The notes: generated by a model not told the origin, from the sequence alone. A stretch of 64,000 bases of DNA from a bacterium (GCA_030153785.1 JASKLF010000004.1:17551-81550), one strand, 5' to 3'. Counted from the stretch's first letter, positions 30,542 through 40,979 are shown. Numbers and translations: made by a program.

Positions 30542-31243
30542 ATGCTCAAGGTTGAAAATCTTCATGTTTATTATGGAGGAATTCATGCTCTTAAAGGGAT
30601 TAGCTTTGAGGTTCCTGAAGGGAAAATTGTTACCCTTATAGGTGCTAATGGTGCTGGTAAGACCACTACATTAAGGGCTATTTGTGGCCTTGTGGATGCT
30701 AAAGGCTCTATAAAATTAAAGGGGGAAGAGCTAATTGGGAAACCCACTCATGAAATAGTCCAGAAAGGGATAGCGATGGTGCCTGAAGGAAGGCGAGTTT
30801 TTCCTAATTTGACTGTGATGGAGAATTTACTGATGGGAGCTTATTACAGGAATGATAATAGTATTGAAAAAGACCTTGAATGGATTTTCAATTTATTTCC
30901 AAGACTTCAAGAAAGGAAGTGGCAAAAGGCTGGTACCCTTTCTGGTGGAGAACAACAAATGCTGGCTTTGGGAAGGGCTCTCATGGGTAGACCTCAGCTT
31001 CTTATGATGGACGAACCTTCGTTGGGATTGGCTCCTCTTCTTGTAAGGGAAGTATTTAAGGTTATAAAAAAGATAAATGAAGAAGGAAAGACTATTCTGT
31101 TAATAGAGCAGAACGCTCGTGCTGCGTTAAAAATTGTCCATTATGGTTATGTGCTTGAAACCGGAAGAATAGTTATGGAAGGTCCAGGTGAAGAGCTTTT
31201 GAATGATGACCGAGTCAGGAGGGTATACTTGGGTGAAGCGTAA
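30542..31243 (+). CDS. livF: ABC transporter ATP-binding protein LivF
   Basis: GANGAGKTT, LSGGEQQMLALGRAL and LLMMDEP. ATG 30542 lies just after the livG stop. Confidence 0.85.
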   Translation: MLKVENLHVYYGGIHALKGISFEVPEGKIVTLIGANGAGKTTTLRAICGLVDAKGSIKLKGEELIGKPTHEIVQKGIAMVPEGRRVFPNLTVMENLLMGAYYRNDNSIEKDLEWIFNLFPRLQERKWQKAGTLSGGEQQMLALGRALMGRPQLLMMDEPSLGLAPLLVREVFKVIKKINEEGKTILLIEQNARAALKIVHYGYVLETGRIVMEGPGEELLNDDRVRRVYLGEA

Positions 31244-32144
31244 TTTACTGGAAGACATTCTGGGTGAGATAGTCATAGAGACCCCCTTTTTTTTAAGGAA
31301 CCTTGTTATTTATCCTCTTAAGTTTCCCGAAATTGATGTAGGGGGAGAGTTTTTGACGCTTGAGGATGATGGCTTTTCTGTATCTGAGCTTGATCCCCCC
31401 ACGATCGAACGGGTAAGGTTTACTAACTTATCTGGAAAACCATTTTTTATCCTTGATGGAGAGGAGTTGTTGGGCGCTCGACAGGATAGGGTAGTTAATA
31501 CTTCTCTATGGATAGGAAAAATGGGGGATTTTGAGATCCCGGTATCTTGTATAGAACGGAGAAGATGGGGTGGAGGGACTATTTTCGAAACGGGGGTCGT
31601 TTTGCTTAACCCTTCTCTAAGAGGGACGCTTTGTGAAGGTGTTACCGGGTCGCTTTTCCGAGGAGAAGGTTATAAATCGGATCAGCGGGCGCTTTGGGAT
31701 TCTGTGGAAAGAACGTTGGCAAGCTTGAAAATTTCTTCTAAAACCTCTTCTTTCAATGATGTTTACGCTACTTTAAGAACGGAAATAGAGGGTTATCTGG
31801 AAGAGTTGCAGGGATTGAATGGAGATTTTTCTGGCTTTGTTGTGGAGACGCCTACACTCATTTCTGTAGATCTTTTCGGTAGCAGGAAGATTTTAGCAAA
31901 ATTTTTGAAAAAGCTCCTGAGAAGTTATTTAATAGAAGGCTTTCTGGCTAAAAGAGGGGTTAACCCCTCTCTTAGGAGGGTGAGAAGTCTGATAAAACCG
32001 ATTATTGTTAAGGATGTTATTGAACATTCAACGCCTACAGGTTTAGGTAAAGAAGTGAGATTTGGAGATGGTAAAAAAACTATAGGGAAAATTCTTGTAT
32101 TGGGTGAAACTTTTCTACACTTTTCTTTGTTTAAGGTGAAGTAG
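31233..32144 (+). CDS. hypothetical protein, no recognisable family
   Basis: 313 aa ORF contiguous with livF and the downstream receiver gene. The start is ambiguous (ATG 31203 or GTG ~31233). Confidence 0.45.
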   Translation: MKRNLLEDILGEIVIETPFFLRNLVIYPLKFPEIDVGGEFLTLEDDGFSVSELDPPTIERVRFTNLSGKPFFILDGEELLGARQDRVVNTSLWIGKMGDFEIPVSCIERRRWGGGTIFETGVVLLNPSLRGTLCEGVTGSLFRGEGYKSDQRALWDSVERTLASLKISSKTSSFNDVYATLRTEIEGYLEELQGLNGDFSGFVVETPTLISVDLFGSRKILAKFLKKLLRSYLIEGFLAKRGVNPSLRRVRSLIKPIIVKDVIEHSTPTGLGKEVRFGDGKKTIGKILVLGETFLHFSLFKVK

Positions 32145-32150
32145 CGTTTG

Positions 32151-32528
32151 ATGAAAAGAAGTATCCTTGTTATTGATGACTCGCCTTTGGTTAGAGATCT
32201 TATAAAACAAATTCTTTCAAGAGAAGATGCGGAAGTAGTTGAGGCTTCTAATGGTGCTGAGGCTCTTGCTTTTTTGAAGAAAAATAAACCAGACCTTATA
32301 TTTTTAGATATCATGATGCCTGGGTTAGATGGCTTATCTCTTTTAAGGGAGATTCGCAAGATGGGACACCTTAAGGGCGTTCCAATAGTAATAGTAACGG
32401 CAATTGCGGAGAAAGATATTATCGGTGAATTGAAAGCTCTTGGGGTAGAAGAAGTAATATTTAAGCCGTTTAGCCCTGTTCAATTTAGAACGCTGGTTAA
32501 TAAGTATATTGGAAAGCAAGCAGAGTAG
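32151..32528 (+). CDS. single-domain CheY-like response regulator receiver
   Basis: Canonical receiver residues are present: LVIDDS, the phospho-acceptor D in IFLDIMMPGLDG, T in VTAI and K in FKPF. Confidence 0.8.
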   Translation: MKRSILVIDDSPLVRDLIKQILSREDAEVVEASNGAEALAFLKKNKPDLIFLDIMMPGLDGLSLLREIRKMGHLKGVPIVIVTAIAEKDIIGELKALGVEEVIFKPFSPVQFRTLVNKYIGKQAE

Positions 32529-32553
32529 AGCTTTAGAGGTAGGCTATTCTTTG

Positions 32554-32562
32554 TGGTATAAT
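32554..32562 (+). promoter_or_regulatory. extended -10 element TGgTATAAT upstream of cstA
   Basis: TGGTATAAT at 32554-32562, 38 nt before ATG 32600 (RBS AAGGGAGGTGGG). The -35 element is weak. Confidence 0.35.
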
Positions 32563-32599
32563 ATCACTTGGATTGCTAGTTAAAAGGGAGGTGGGTTTT

Positions 32600-34357
32600 A
32601 TGTCAACTCTGGTGGTTCTTGTGGCGGCGGTGATTTATCTGGTGGCATATTTTACTTATGGTAAAGGTCTCGAAAGAAATGTAGCTAAGGCCGATCCTGC
32701 AAGACCAACACCTGCTGTTGCTTTGAAAGATGGCGTGGATTATTATCCCGCACATCCTTTTGTTCTTTATGGGCATCATTTTGCTTCTATAGCCGGTGCC
32801 GGACCTATTTTAGGACCTGCAATGGCCATGGCGTGGGGGTGGCTTCCAACATTAATATGGATATGGCTTGGTAATATTTTTATTGGAAGCGTTCACGATT
32901 ATCTTTCGCTAATGGCTTCTATAAGATACGAAGGAAAGTCCATTCAATACGTGGCTGGCAGGATTATGAGCAAAAGGACTTCTTATCTCTTTGAGGTTTT
33001 TGTATACTTTGCTTTAATCCTTGTAGTGGCCGCTTTTGCTGTTGCATTAGCAAGGACGTTTGTTTCTAATCCGTCGGTTCCTACTGCTTCTATAGGTTTC
33101 ATAATAGCAGCGATGATTTCAGGTTTTATCATGTATAGGTCAAGGTGGGGAATGAAGGGAGGAACAATTGTTGGTCTTGCTTTGCTCGCTTTATCTATAT
33201 GGCTTAGTTTCTACTTCCCGTTGAAGCTTTCCAGGGAAACGTGGTATGTCTTGACCTTCATTTATATTATTGTGGCAGCTTCATTACCGGTTTGGGTCTT
33301 GCTTCAGCCAAGAGACTATCTTAATGCTTATATTCTCTGGATAGGGTTAATTTTAGGAGGAATATCGTTCCTTATTTTGGCAAAGGGCTTCTCGTTCCCT
33401 TCGTTTACATCATTTAGTCCTAACATTGTTGGCGGGAAACCATCTCCTTTCTGGCCTACAGTGCCTTTAGTGGTAGCTTGTGGTGCGCTTTCAGGTTTTC
33501 ATTCTCTGGTAGCTTCTGGTACTTCTTCCAAACAGCTCGATAATGAATTAAGCGGTCTTTTGGTTGGTTACGGTTCGATGTTTACTGAAGGGTTTCTTTC
33601 AACAATAGTGGTTGTTTCAGTTGCGGTTTTTGGTTTTTCAGTTTTGGAGGGTTCAGCTGAAAAACTTTCTCAGATGAACATCAATTTAGATATGTTAAAG
33701 GCGGGAGGGGCCTATCTTGGGCAGAACTATCTGAAAGCTGCTGGAACAGTTGGTGGCCCATTGGGACCATTTTATTCGGGATATGCTATGGGGCTTGAAA
33801 ATGCTTTGGGTATACCATTCCACGTCGGAAGAACATTTGCTGGCCTTTGGGTATCCTGTTTCATCTTAACTACGCTGGATACTACTAACAGACTTGCGCG
33901 TTTTGCTTGGGCTGAGCTATTTGAGCCTCTTCGTGAAAGTGCGCCAGGATTTTATTCCTTTATCGCCAATAGATGGGTTGCTTCATTCATAGCTGCTTTC
34001 TTTGGTGTAGGCCTTGCTTGGGGAGGGGCTTTAAGTTTGCTTTGGCCTGCCTTTGCGGGAGCAAATCAGCTTCTTGCTTCTATAGCGTTGCTCACGGTTG
34101 CTGTTTGGGCAATTAACGTTCAAAAAGCATCCACAGGTTATAAGTGGTTCTTGCTAATTCCAAGCTTGTTCTTGTGGCTTACCGTTACTGTAGCGCTATT
34201 CTGGTATCTTATAGTTGTAGTTCCTGCGCAAGCTGGTGTTGCCAAATACAGCATTGGTGGTATGATATTGGTTATGTTAATACTCAACTTCTGGCTACTT
34301 TATGACTTCTCCAAGGCGCTTAGGAAGGGTTCTCAATTAATAGAACCTACGGTGTAG
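32600..34357 (+). CDS. cstA: carbon starvation protein CstA (peptide/pyruvate transporter family)
   Basis: Polytopic membrane protein with CstA-type N-terminal motifs (YYPAHPFVLYGHHFASIAGAGPILGP). The likely start is ATG 32600, not the track's 32573. Confidence 0.85.
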   Translation: MSTLVVLVAAVIYLVAYFTYGKGLERNVAKADPARPTPAVALKDGVDYYPAHPFVLYGHHFASIAGAGPILGPAMAMAWGWLPTLIWIWLGNIFIGSVHDYLSLMASIRYEGKSIQYVAGRIMSKRTSYLFEVFVYFALILVVAAFAVALARTFVSNPSVPTASIGFIIAAMISGFIMYRSRWGMKGGTIVGLALLALSIWLSFYFPLKLSRETWYVLTFIYIIVAASLPVWVLLQPRDYLNAYILWIGLILGGISFLILAKGFSFPSFTSFSPNIVGGKPSPFWPTVPLVVACGALSGFHSLVASGTSSKQLDNELSGLLVGYGSMFTEGFLSTIVVVSVAVFGFSVLEGSAEKLSQMNINLDMLKAGGAYLGQNYLKAAGTVGGPLGPFYSGYAMGLENALGIPFHVGRTFAGLWVSCFILTTLDTTNRLARFAWAELFEPLRESAPGFYSFIANRWVASFIAAFFGVGLAWGGALSLLWPAFAGANQLLASIALLTVAVWAINVQKASTGYKWFLLIPSLFLWLTVTVALFWYLIVVVPAQAGVAKYSIGGMILVMLILNFWLLYDFSKALRKGSQLIEPTV

Positions 34358-34484
34358 ATGAGATAGCATGCTTTTTAGACATATTGCGAGATTTTTAAAA
34401 GGATTTTCGCAAGGCTTTAAAGAAAACGCTGTTAGTCTCATAGAGTTAGAGTGCGCGGAGTATGAAAATCTCTTTGCCTTATTG

Positions 34485-34540
34485 GTGGTTGGAGGGCTTG
34501 TCGGCTTGCCAAGCCCTCCAACCACTTTATCTTTTAGGTT
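34485..34540 (+). terminator. putative intrinsic terminator or structured element downstream of cstA (16-bp perfect stem, 9-nt loop, T-rich tail)
   Basis: GTGGTTGGAGGGCTTG (34485-34500) pairs with CAAGCCCTCCAACCAC (34510-34525). TTTATCTTTT follows. Confidence 0.45.
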
Positions 34541-34633
34541 GCTTCCTCTCTTGGAGCATGAGCTAAAGGTAATGTCTTCGATAACTTTGAATCTTGACGA
34601 TGCTTTTGGGAGGGTAGCGGGATACTTTGAAGC

Positions 34634-35539
34634 ATGAAAATAAAGTTCTTTGTGGGTAAGGGTGGGGTCGGTAAGACCAGTGTTGCTGCATCTTATGCTG
34701 CGTATCTTTCCTCACAAGGTTATAAAACGCTTGTTGTTTCTCTTGATCCTGCGCATAATTTGGGAGATATTTTAGGAGTTAAGCTTTCTGACAAGGTCTC
34801 TCGCATAGATAAAAACCTTTTCGCCCGAGAGGTAGATTTGGATAAAGAAATATCTTCTTACCTTAACAAGATAGCTACAAGCTTGAGAATGACTTATAGA
34901 TATCTTTCTGTTCTTAATATGGATAGATACTTCAATGTTTTGCGTTTTTCTCCTGGCATGGAAGAACAGGCTACGCTTGAGGCAATCAAAAGACACATTT
35001 TTTCTGATAATTTTGATATCCTCCTTTTTGATACTGCGCCTACGGGACATACCTTGAGAGTGTTAAGCCTGCCATCGGTTTCTAAAATATGGTTAGATGA
35101 GTTAATCAAAATAAGAAGGCTTATATTAGATAGGCGAGGGATGATGGAGAGGGTGAAGGGTAGATGCTTGAACGGTGTTCCTTCTAAAGAAGAAGACGAT
35201 GATGTTATAAAGGAGCTTTTTAAAATGAAGGAAGAGTATATTACCTTGGATAGAAAGCTTAAAAGTGAAGACGTAACTTTTATACCTGTTTTAAATGCAG
35301 AGGAAGTGCCTTTGCTGGAGACGGAAAGGCTTGTTCGTTTTCTCACGAGATTGGATATGAGCATAGAAAAGATAGTGGTAAATAAATATATGCCTGATAG
35401 GGTTCCTAAGCAAAAAGAGGTGATGGAGAAAATTTTCTCGACTTTTTTAAATTATGAGATAAGGGTTATCCCATATTCTGATGAAAGTCCAAGGGGATTA
35501 TCTAAGCTTAGGGAGGTTTGTCTTGCTTGCCTAATCTAA
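34634..35539 (+). CDS. ArsA/GET3-family anion-transporting ATPase homolog (half-size)
   Basis: P-loop FVGKGGVGKTS and the ArsA signature DTAPTGHTLR. Confidence 0.8.
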   Translation: MKIKFFVGKGGVGKTSVAASYAAYLSSQGYKTLVVSLDPAHNLGDILGVKLSDKVSRIDKNLFAREVDLDKEISSYLNKIATSLRMTYRYLSVLNMDRYFNVLRFSPGMEEQATLEAIKRHIFSDNFDILLFDTAPTGHTLRVLSLPSVSKIWLDELIKIRRLILDRRGMMERVKGRCLNGVPSKEEDDDVIKELFKMKEEYITLDRKLKSEDVTFIPVLNAEEVPLLETERLVRFLTRLDMSIEKIVVNKYMPDRVPKQKEVMEKIFSTFLNYEIRVIPYSDESPRGLSKLREVCLACLI

Positions 35540-36153
35540 TACTCGTTTTTCTTATTATTTCGGCGGTGCTTACCTTACAGTTCTTTAAGGGAAGAAGATT
35601 AAACTTACTTTTGATGAAAAACTATTTACAAGAGATAGAGTCTTTGTTAAAAATAAAAGATAAGGACTATACGTGGATAGGTGGTTATGTGGGATTTAAG
35701 GCGGGCTATAAGATAGAAAACAAGTTATTTTCTGTATTAGAGGTTTCTCTGGTTTTGTCTCCTCGGCAAAGTCTCCTTTACTTGCCCATCTCCTTGTTGC
35801 TATTTAGGGGAGATCGGGCTTTCTTTTTATTGACCCCTCGTGATAAGAAAATATCAAGAGAGATTCATATCATAAGAGAAAAGGCCTTTTGGTTTAAACC
35901 TAAAATTAGAAGGATGAGGGAACTTCAGGAAAAAGAATTTTCTATTTCGGAGGTAACTTTTAAGGCTTTTCATGAGAGCGATGTTTTGCTTGAAAGGCTT
36001 TTAAGGATAATAAGGAGGTATAAAGGAGATTTAAGGATGATAAAGCATATCGCTATGGTTCCATCTACAAATAGGATTTACCTAAATCTAAGACCAAAGC
36101 CTGGTGAGCTTAAAAAGTTTTTAAAGCTTGTCTTGGAGGAATTAGAGCTATAG
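35518..36153 (+). CDS. hypothetical membrane-anchored protein
   Basis: 211 aa with an N-terminal TM helix. Sits between the ArsA-like gene and the V-ATPase promoter. No family recognised. Confidence 0.4.
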   Translation: MSCLPNLILVFLIISAVLTLQFFKGRRLNLLLMKNYLQEIESLLKIKDKDYTWIGGYVGFKAGYKIENKLFSVLEVSLVLSPRQSLLYLPISLLLFRGDRAFFLLTPRDKKISREIHIIREKAFWFKPKIRRMRELQEKEFSISEVTFKAFHESDVLLERLLRIIRRYKGDLRMIKHIAMVPSTNRIYLNLRPKPGELKKFLKLVLEELEL

Positions 36154-36172
36154 ATTTTGAGCTTGGAGAATC

Positions 36173-36201
36173 TTGACATAGCGTATGTTGATTATTAGAA
36201 T
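36173..36201 (+). promoter_or_regulatory. sigma70-type promoter TTGACA-N17-TAGAAT for the V/A-type ATPase operon
   Basis: Hexamers at 36173-36178 and 36196-36201. A GGAGGTG RBS at 36219-36225 follows. Confidence 0.5.
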
Positions 36202-36231
36202 ATTAAAATAAAGTGTTTGGAGGTGTTTAAG

Positions 36232-36555
36232 TTGGAGGAGAACATCATAGAGGAAATAAAGAAGATCGAGGCAGAGGCAGATGAGATAATTAAAGAAGCT
36301 AAAAGAAAGGCGAGAGAACTTATAGAGAAAGCTAGCATGGAGGTTTCCGATATCCTTGCAGAGGCAAAGAAAGAAGCTGCCAAGATAAGAAGAAAAGCTG
36401 TAGATGATGGAATACAGGAGGGAGAAAAACTTTTTGCAGAAATGGTGAAAGAGGGAAAGGAAAAGGCAGAAAGGCTTGAGAGACATTATAAGAATAGGAT
36501 AGAAGAAACGGTAGAGTTTTTGTTGAAAGAGGTGCTGAACAAATATGGCAGTTAA
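36232..36555 (+). CDS. atpH: V/A-type ATPase subunit H (G-like, peripheral stalk)
   Basis: ~107 aa, highly charged and Ala/Lys/Glu-rich coiled coil, first gene of the operon. The likely start is TTG 36232, 6 nt after the GGAGGTG RBS; the track start is 36217. Confidence 0.6.
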   Translation: MEENIIEEIKKIEAEADEIIKEAKRKARELIEKASMEVSDILAEAKKEAAKIRRKAVDDGIQEGEKLFAEMVKEGKEKAERLERHYKNRIEETVEFLLKEVLNKYGS

Positions 36556-38554
36556 CGAGATGCTCAAGCTTAGGGTTATATCTCATAAGTCGGTGAAAGA
36601 AGAAATAGTTGATGCTCTCTTAAGGTTGGGAGTAATAGAATTTGTTAGCCTTCCTTCTGCATTGGGGGACAAAATTCAGGCTCTTGGTGTGATTAGAGAA
36701 GAGGATGGAAGGGCTTTATCGGAAATGGAGTCCTTTCTCAACGACTTAAGGATTGCCATAGAATTTCTTGATAATGCTAATGAAGATAGAAGGGGCTTAT
36801 TTGATTCTCTTCTTGGAAGGAAAATTTACATTCAGAGCAGTGAGTTCGAAGATAGAGTTAAAAAACTGGATTACAAAAGGGTAGTTGAGGAAATAAGGGG
36901 TGTTGAGAGAAAGCTTACAGAACTTAGAAATAAAAGAGCTCAGTTGTCTTCAGAGAGAAAGCTTCTTGAGGACTGGAAGGATTTAAATATTCCATTGGAG
37001 TTTTTTGAAGAAGGAACTTTGGTAACAGCGGGGCTTCTTGGTTCTATCAAAACAGAGGAGTTTGATAAATTTTTGCGGGAAGTAGAAGAGAAGCTTTCCT
37101 TGTGGGAATTGTATACCCTTCCTTCTTCTCCTCAATTTAAGACATTTGCTTTAGTTTATTTAAGAGAAGAGCACGAGAATCTGCAAGATATCATTAAAAA
37201 TTATAGTTTTAACGCTGTGGTTTTGCCCAAGAGGAGGGGAACAGTAAGAAGGGTTCTTGAGGAACTAGATAGGGAAATAAAGGAACTGGACAAAGAAAGA
37301 GAGTTGCTGGTTTCAAAAGTTAAGGAGTATGTTTCCTTCCTCGATGACCTTAAAATAGTGTACGATTATCTTTTGATTGCCTTTACTAAGCAAAAAGCTA
37401 GTATGGATTTTTTGTCCACTTCAAAGGTTTTTGTCTTTGAAGGGTGGGTAAGAAAGAAAGACAGGGCTAAAGTGGAATCTCTCTTTAAGAGATATTCAGC
37501 CGTTGTAGCCTATTCTTTTGAGGAGCCTTCTATTGATGAGGAAGTTCCCGTGGTAATAGAAAATCATCCTTTGATTAGACCTTTTGAGGTTTTAACAGCT
37601 CTTTATGGGCTTCCTCAATATGGTAAAGATATAGATCCTACTCCGTATGTTGCCCCCTTTTTCTTTGTTTTCTTTGGGCTTTGTTTGTCTGATGCCGGTT
37701 ATGGGGTTATAATGACTTTCTTAATAGGTTGGTTGTTGCTAAAACACGGTTCTAGACTTTCCTTTAGTGTTAAAAGATTTATGATGCTTTTACTGTTAGG
37801 TGGAATATCGACCATTCTATTCGGGGCTCTCCAAGGAGCATGGTTTGACGGTTTGTTTGCTCAAGTTTCTTGGTTAAAGGGGTTAGACATAGCCTTGAAT
37901 AGAATTAAGATTATGGATCCCCTTGAAGATCCTATGAAGCTTTTAGTTATAGCTTTGGCATTGGGTATAGTTCATGTTTTTCTTGGACTTATTCTTAAGG
38001 CTTATGTAAACGTAAGGCAGGGCAATATTAAGGATGCCTTGTTTGATCAGATAGGATGGCTCTGGTTTCTTACTTCCCTCCTTTTCCTTGGTTCTGTCAG
38101 GGCTGGATGGGTTTCGAGTTCCTTAGCGGGTCTTTCTAAAGCTATGGCTATAGGAGGAGCGTTATTTTTGATTCTTACCCAAGGGAGAGGGGAAAGAAAC
38201 ATTTTGAAAAAGGCGATTAAAGGGGTAATTAGCTTGTACGATGTTATGGGATATTTAAGCGATGTGCTTTCGTATAGCAGAATTCTTGCTCTGGGATTGG
38301 GAACCACGGTAATAGCTATGATAGTTAACCTTTTGGCCTCAATGGTTCTTAAGGTTCCTGTGATAGGGATTGTTATCGCTTTGCTTATTCTTATCGTTGG
38401 CCATACCTTAAGTCTTTTAGTAAATGCGCTGGGGGCTTTTGTTCACTCCACGCGTTTGCAGTATGTGGAGTTCTTTAGTAAGTTTTACTCTGGTGGTGGA
38501 AAGGCTTTTGAGCCATTTACTATTAAAACGAGATTCACGGAGATAAAAGAGTAG
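36545..38554 (+). CDS. atpI: V/A-type ATPase subunit I (a-subunit, 116 kDa family)
   Basis: 669 aa. An N-terminal cytoplasmic coiled-coil half and a C-terminal polytopic half with a conserved Arg-containing helix (LSYSRILALG). Confidence 0.85.
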   Translation: MAVNEMLKLRVISHKSVKEEIVDALLRLGVIEFVSLPSALGDKIQALGVIREEDGRALSEMESFLNDLRIAIEFLDNANEDRRGLFDSLLGRKIYIQSSEFEDRVKKLDYKRVVEEIRGVERKLTELRNKRAQLSSERKLLEDWKDLNIPLEFFEEGTLVTAGLLGSIKTEEFDKFLREVEEKLSLWELYTLPSSPQFKTFALVYLREEHENLQDIIKNYSFNAVVLPKRRGTVRRVLEELDREIKELDKERELLVSKVKEYVSFLDDLKIVYDYLLIAFTKQKASMDFLSTSKVFVFEGWVRKKDRAKVESLFKRYSAVVAYSFEEPSIDEEVPVVIENHPLIRPFEVLTALYGLPQYGKDIDPTPYVAPFFFVFFGLCLSDAGYGVIMTFLIGWLLLKHGSRLSFSVKRFMMLLLLGGISTILFGALQGAWFDGLFAQVSWLKGLDIALNRIKIMDPLEDPMKLLVIALALGIVHVFLGLILKAYVNVRQGNIKDALFDQIGWLWFLTSLLFLGSVRAGWVSSSLAGLSKAMAIGGALFLILTQGRGERNILKKAIKGVISLYDVMGYLSDVLSYSRILALGLGTTVIAMIVNLLASMVLKVPVIGIVIALLILIVGHTLSLLVNALGAFVHSTRLQYVEFFSKFYSGGGKAFEPFTIKTRFTEIKE

Positions 38555-38570
38555 GGAAGGAGGTATGTGA

Positions 38571-39047
<477 letters not shown>

Positions 39048-39060
39048 GGAGGCTCAAGGG

Positions 39061-39654
39061 ATGTCCTTGGATAAGATAAAGCAAAAGATTTTAGAGGATG
39101 CTAAGAGAGAGGCTGAGAAAATAATTAAAGATGCGGAGGGTAAGAAGGACAAAATATTGAAAGATGCGAAGGCAAGGGCGGAGGAGATAGTTACTAAAGC
39201 TAAGCTTCAATATGATGAGTTGAAAAAGCGGGAGATAGAAAATAAGAGGATTTTAGCGGAGCTCGAAGTTGGAAAGCAATTGTTGGCTGCAAGGAGAAAA
39301 ATTCTTGATGAGGTTTTCGATGAACTTCGCTCGAGGTTGGAAAAGTTGGGAAAGGAAGACTACTGTGCCTTCTTTGAAAGGTTGCTGAAGAAATCTGTTG
39401 AGACGGGCAAAGAGGAAGTTGTATTAGGGAAAGAAGAAAAATTCCTTGATGGGGACTTTTTTCAAGAAATAAACAAAAAGCAAGGCTGGAACCTGAGAGT
39501 TTCTAAGCATAGAGGTGGCTTTAGAAGGGGATTTATTCTTTCTCAAGGGGATATAGAGGTTAACCTTTCCATAGATGCGATAATTAGGGATGTGAAGGAA
39601 AAATGGGAAGACATTGTGGTAAGGAAGCTTTTTACGGAGGAGGGCACTAGCTAA
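39061..39654 (+). CDS. atpE: V/A-type ATPase subunit E
   Basis: 197 aa. A charged N-terminal coiled coil and a C-terminal globular domain, at the expected position in the operon. Confidence 0.8.
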   Translation: MSLDKIKQKILEDAKREAEKIIKDAEGKKDKILKDAKARAEEIVTKAKLQYDELKKREIENKRILAELEVGKQLLAARRKILDEVFDELRSRLEKLGKEDYCAFFERLLKKSVETGKEEVVLGKEEKFLDGDFFQEINKKQGWNLRVSKHRGGFRRGFILSQGDIEVNLSIDAIIRDVKEKWEDIVVRKLFTEEGTS

Positions 39655-39655
39655 G

Positions 39656-40669
39656 GTGGAAAGAAACTTTAAGTATACCTATGCGGTGTCTCGCATTAGG
39701 TGCTTAGAAAATGAACTTCTACCAATGTCTTTCTTCCATAGATTGATTGGAGCAAATTCTATAGATGAGATTAAGAAAATGTTGGGGGAAACTGTATATG
39801 GCTTAAAGGAAGCGGAAAATTTTGATGTTCTTTGGGAAGACGAGTTAAGGAGAACTGCCGGTATAGTGAGAGAAATAATAAGGGAAAAGAGAATAAGAGA
39901 TTTCTTTGCTTATAGCTACGATATTTTTAATGTTAAGGTTCTGTTTAAGAACAAGATTTTGGCGAAACGTGGTTTAAAGAAGAACTGGGATATACTCATT
40001 GATATGGGGACAGTTCCAGTTGAAAAGATGATTTCTTATATAGAAAATGAACAATACGTTTTTTTACCCTTTTACAGAAAGGACGGGGTTTATATACTTT
40101 TCGATTTGTTGGAAAAAATCGAGAAAATGGAATTGGATACAAAGTTCGTAGATATTTATCTGGATAAGCTTTATTTTCACTTCATGCTTGATGAAGCAAA
40201 GGCCTTAGGTGAGCCCTTTTTGCTTACATACATAAGGACGCTTATAGATCTCACCAATATTATGGTCTTTTTTAGGTCTAAGCTTGTAGATAGACCGAAG
40301 AGCTTTGTAAATGATGTTTTGATCCCGGGAGGCTTTGTGGATAAAGATAAATTTGTGGAGGTTTATCAGGATACCCCTGACATGCTCGTCAAGTCTCTAA
40401 GTTATTCTCCATATAGTGGCGTTTTGGAGAAGATGGTAGCTTTATTTGAGCAGGGGAGGAATATTTCCTTAATAGAAAAGCTGAAAGACAATTACCTTAT
40501 TACTTTTATGAAGCAAGCTAAACATGTAATGTTTGGGATTCAGCCCATAGTTGCCTTTATGGTGGCTAAGGATATGGAAGTGAAAAATTTAAGAATCATA
40601 ATTACAGGGAAGCAGGCCGGTCTTTCCGAGGACCTATTGAAGGAGAGGTTGCGAGATGTCTATGTCTAA
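39656..40669 (+). CDS. atpC: V/A-type ATPase subunit C (d-subunit)
   Basis: 337 aa. Operon position and size fit subunit C. Confidence 0.75.
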   Translation: MERNFKYTYAVSRIRCLENELLPMSFFHRLIGANSIDEIKKMLGETVYGLKEAENFDVLWEDELRRTAGIVREIIREKRIRDFFAYSYDIFNVKVLFKNKILAKRGLKKNWDILIDMGTVPVEKMISYIENEQYVFLPFYRKDGVYILFDLLEKIEKMELDTKFVDIYLDKLYFHFMLDEAKALGEPFLLTYIRTLIDLTNIMVFFRSKLVDRPKSFVNDVLIPGGFVDKDKFVEVYQDTPDMLVKSLSYSPYSGVLEKMVALFEQGRNISLIEKLKDNYLITFMKQAKHVMFGIQPIVAFMVAKDMEVKNLRIIITGKQAGLSEDLLKERLRDVYV

Positions 40670-40979
40670 AATTGCTATGATAGGGGATTACGAATCTTCC
40701 ATAGGTTTTAAGGCGGTCGGTATAGATACATATGTTCCAAAAGATAGGGAGGAAGCAAAGGAAATAATATCCTCCTTGGTTAAAGGAGGATATGGAATCG
40801 TATTTGTTACCGAAGAAATTGCTGACTCTCTGGGAGAGGTAGTTGATCAGATAAATAGGGAGAGCAGGTGTACAGTTCTCATTATTCCAAGTGTGAGGGG
40901 ATCGAAAGGATTGGGGATAGAGAAAATAAGAAAGAGTGTTGAAAAGGCAGTAGGGATAGATATTTTTAAAACGTCGTGA
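40656..40979 (+). CDS. atpF: V/A-type ATPase subunit F
   Basis: 107 aa with N-terminus KIAMIGDYESSIGFKAVGI, typical of subunit F. Confidence 0.8.
   Translation: MSMSKIAMIGDYESSIGFKAVGIDTYVPKDREEAKEIISSLVKGGYGIVFVTEEIADSLGEVVDQINRESRCTVLIIPSVRGSKGLGIEKIRKSVEKAVGIDIFKTS

Noticed and set aside
34368-34637. 89-aa ORF between cstA and the ArsA-like gene
   Set aside because: It spans a 16-bp perfect hairpin with T-tail (a likely terminator) and has no RBS. It is more likely non-coding, structured RNA or DNA.
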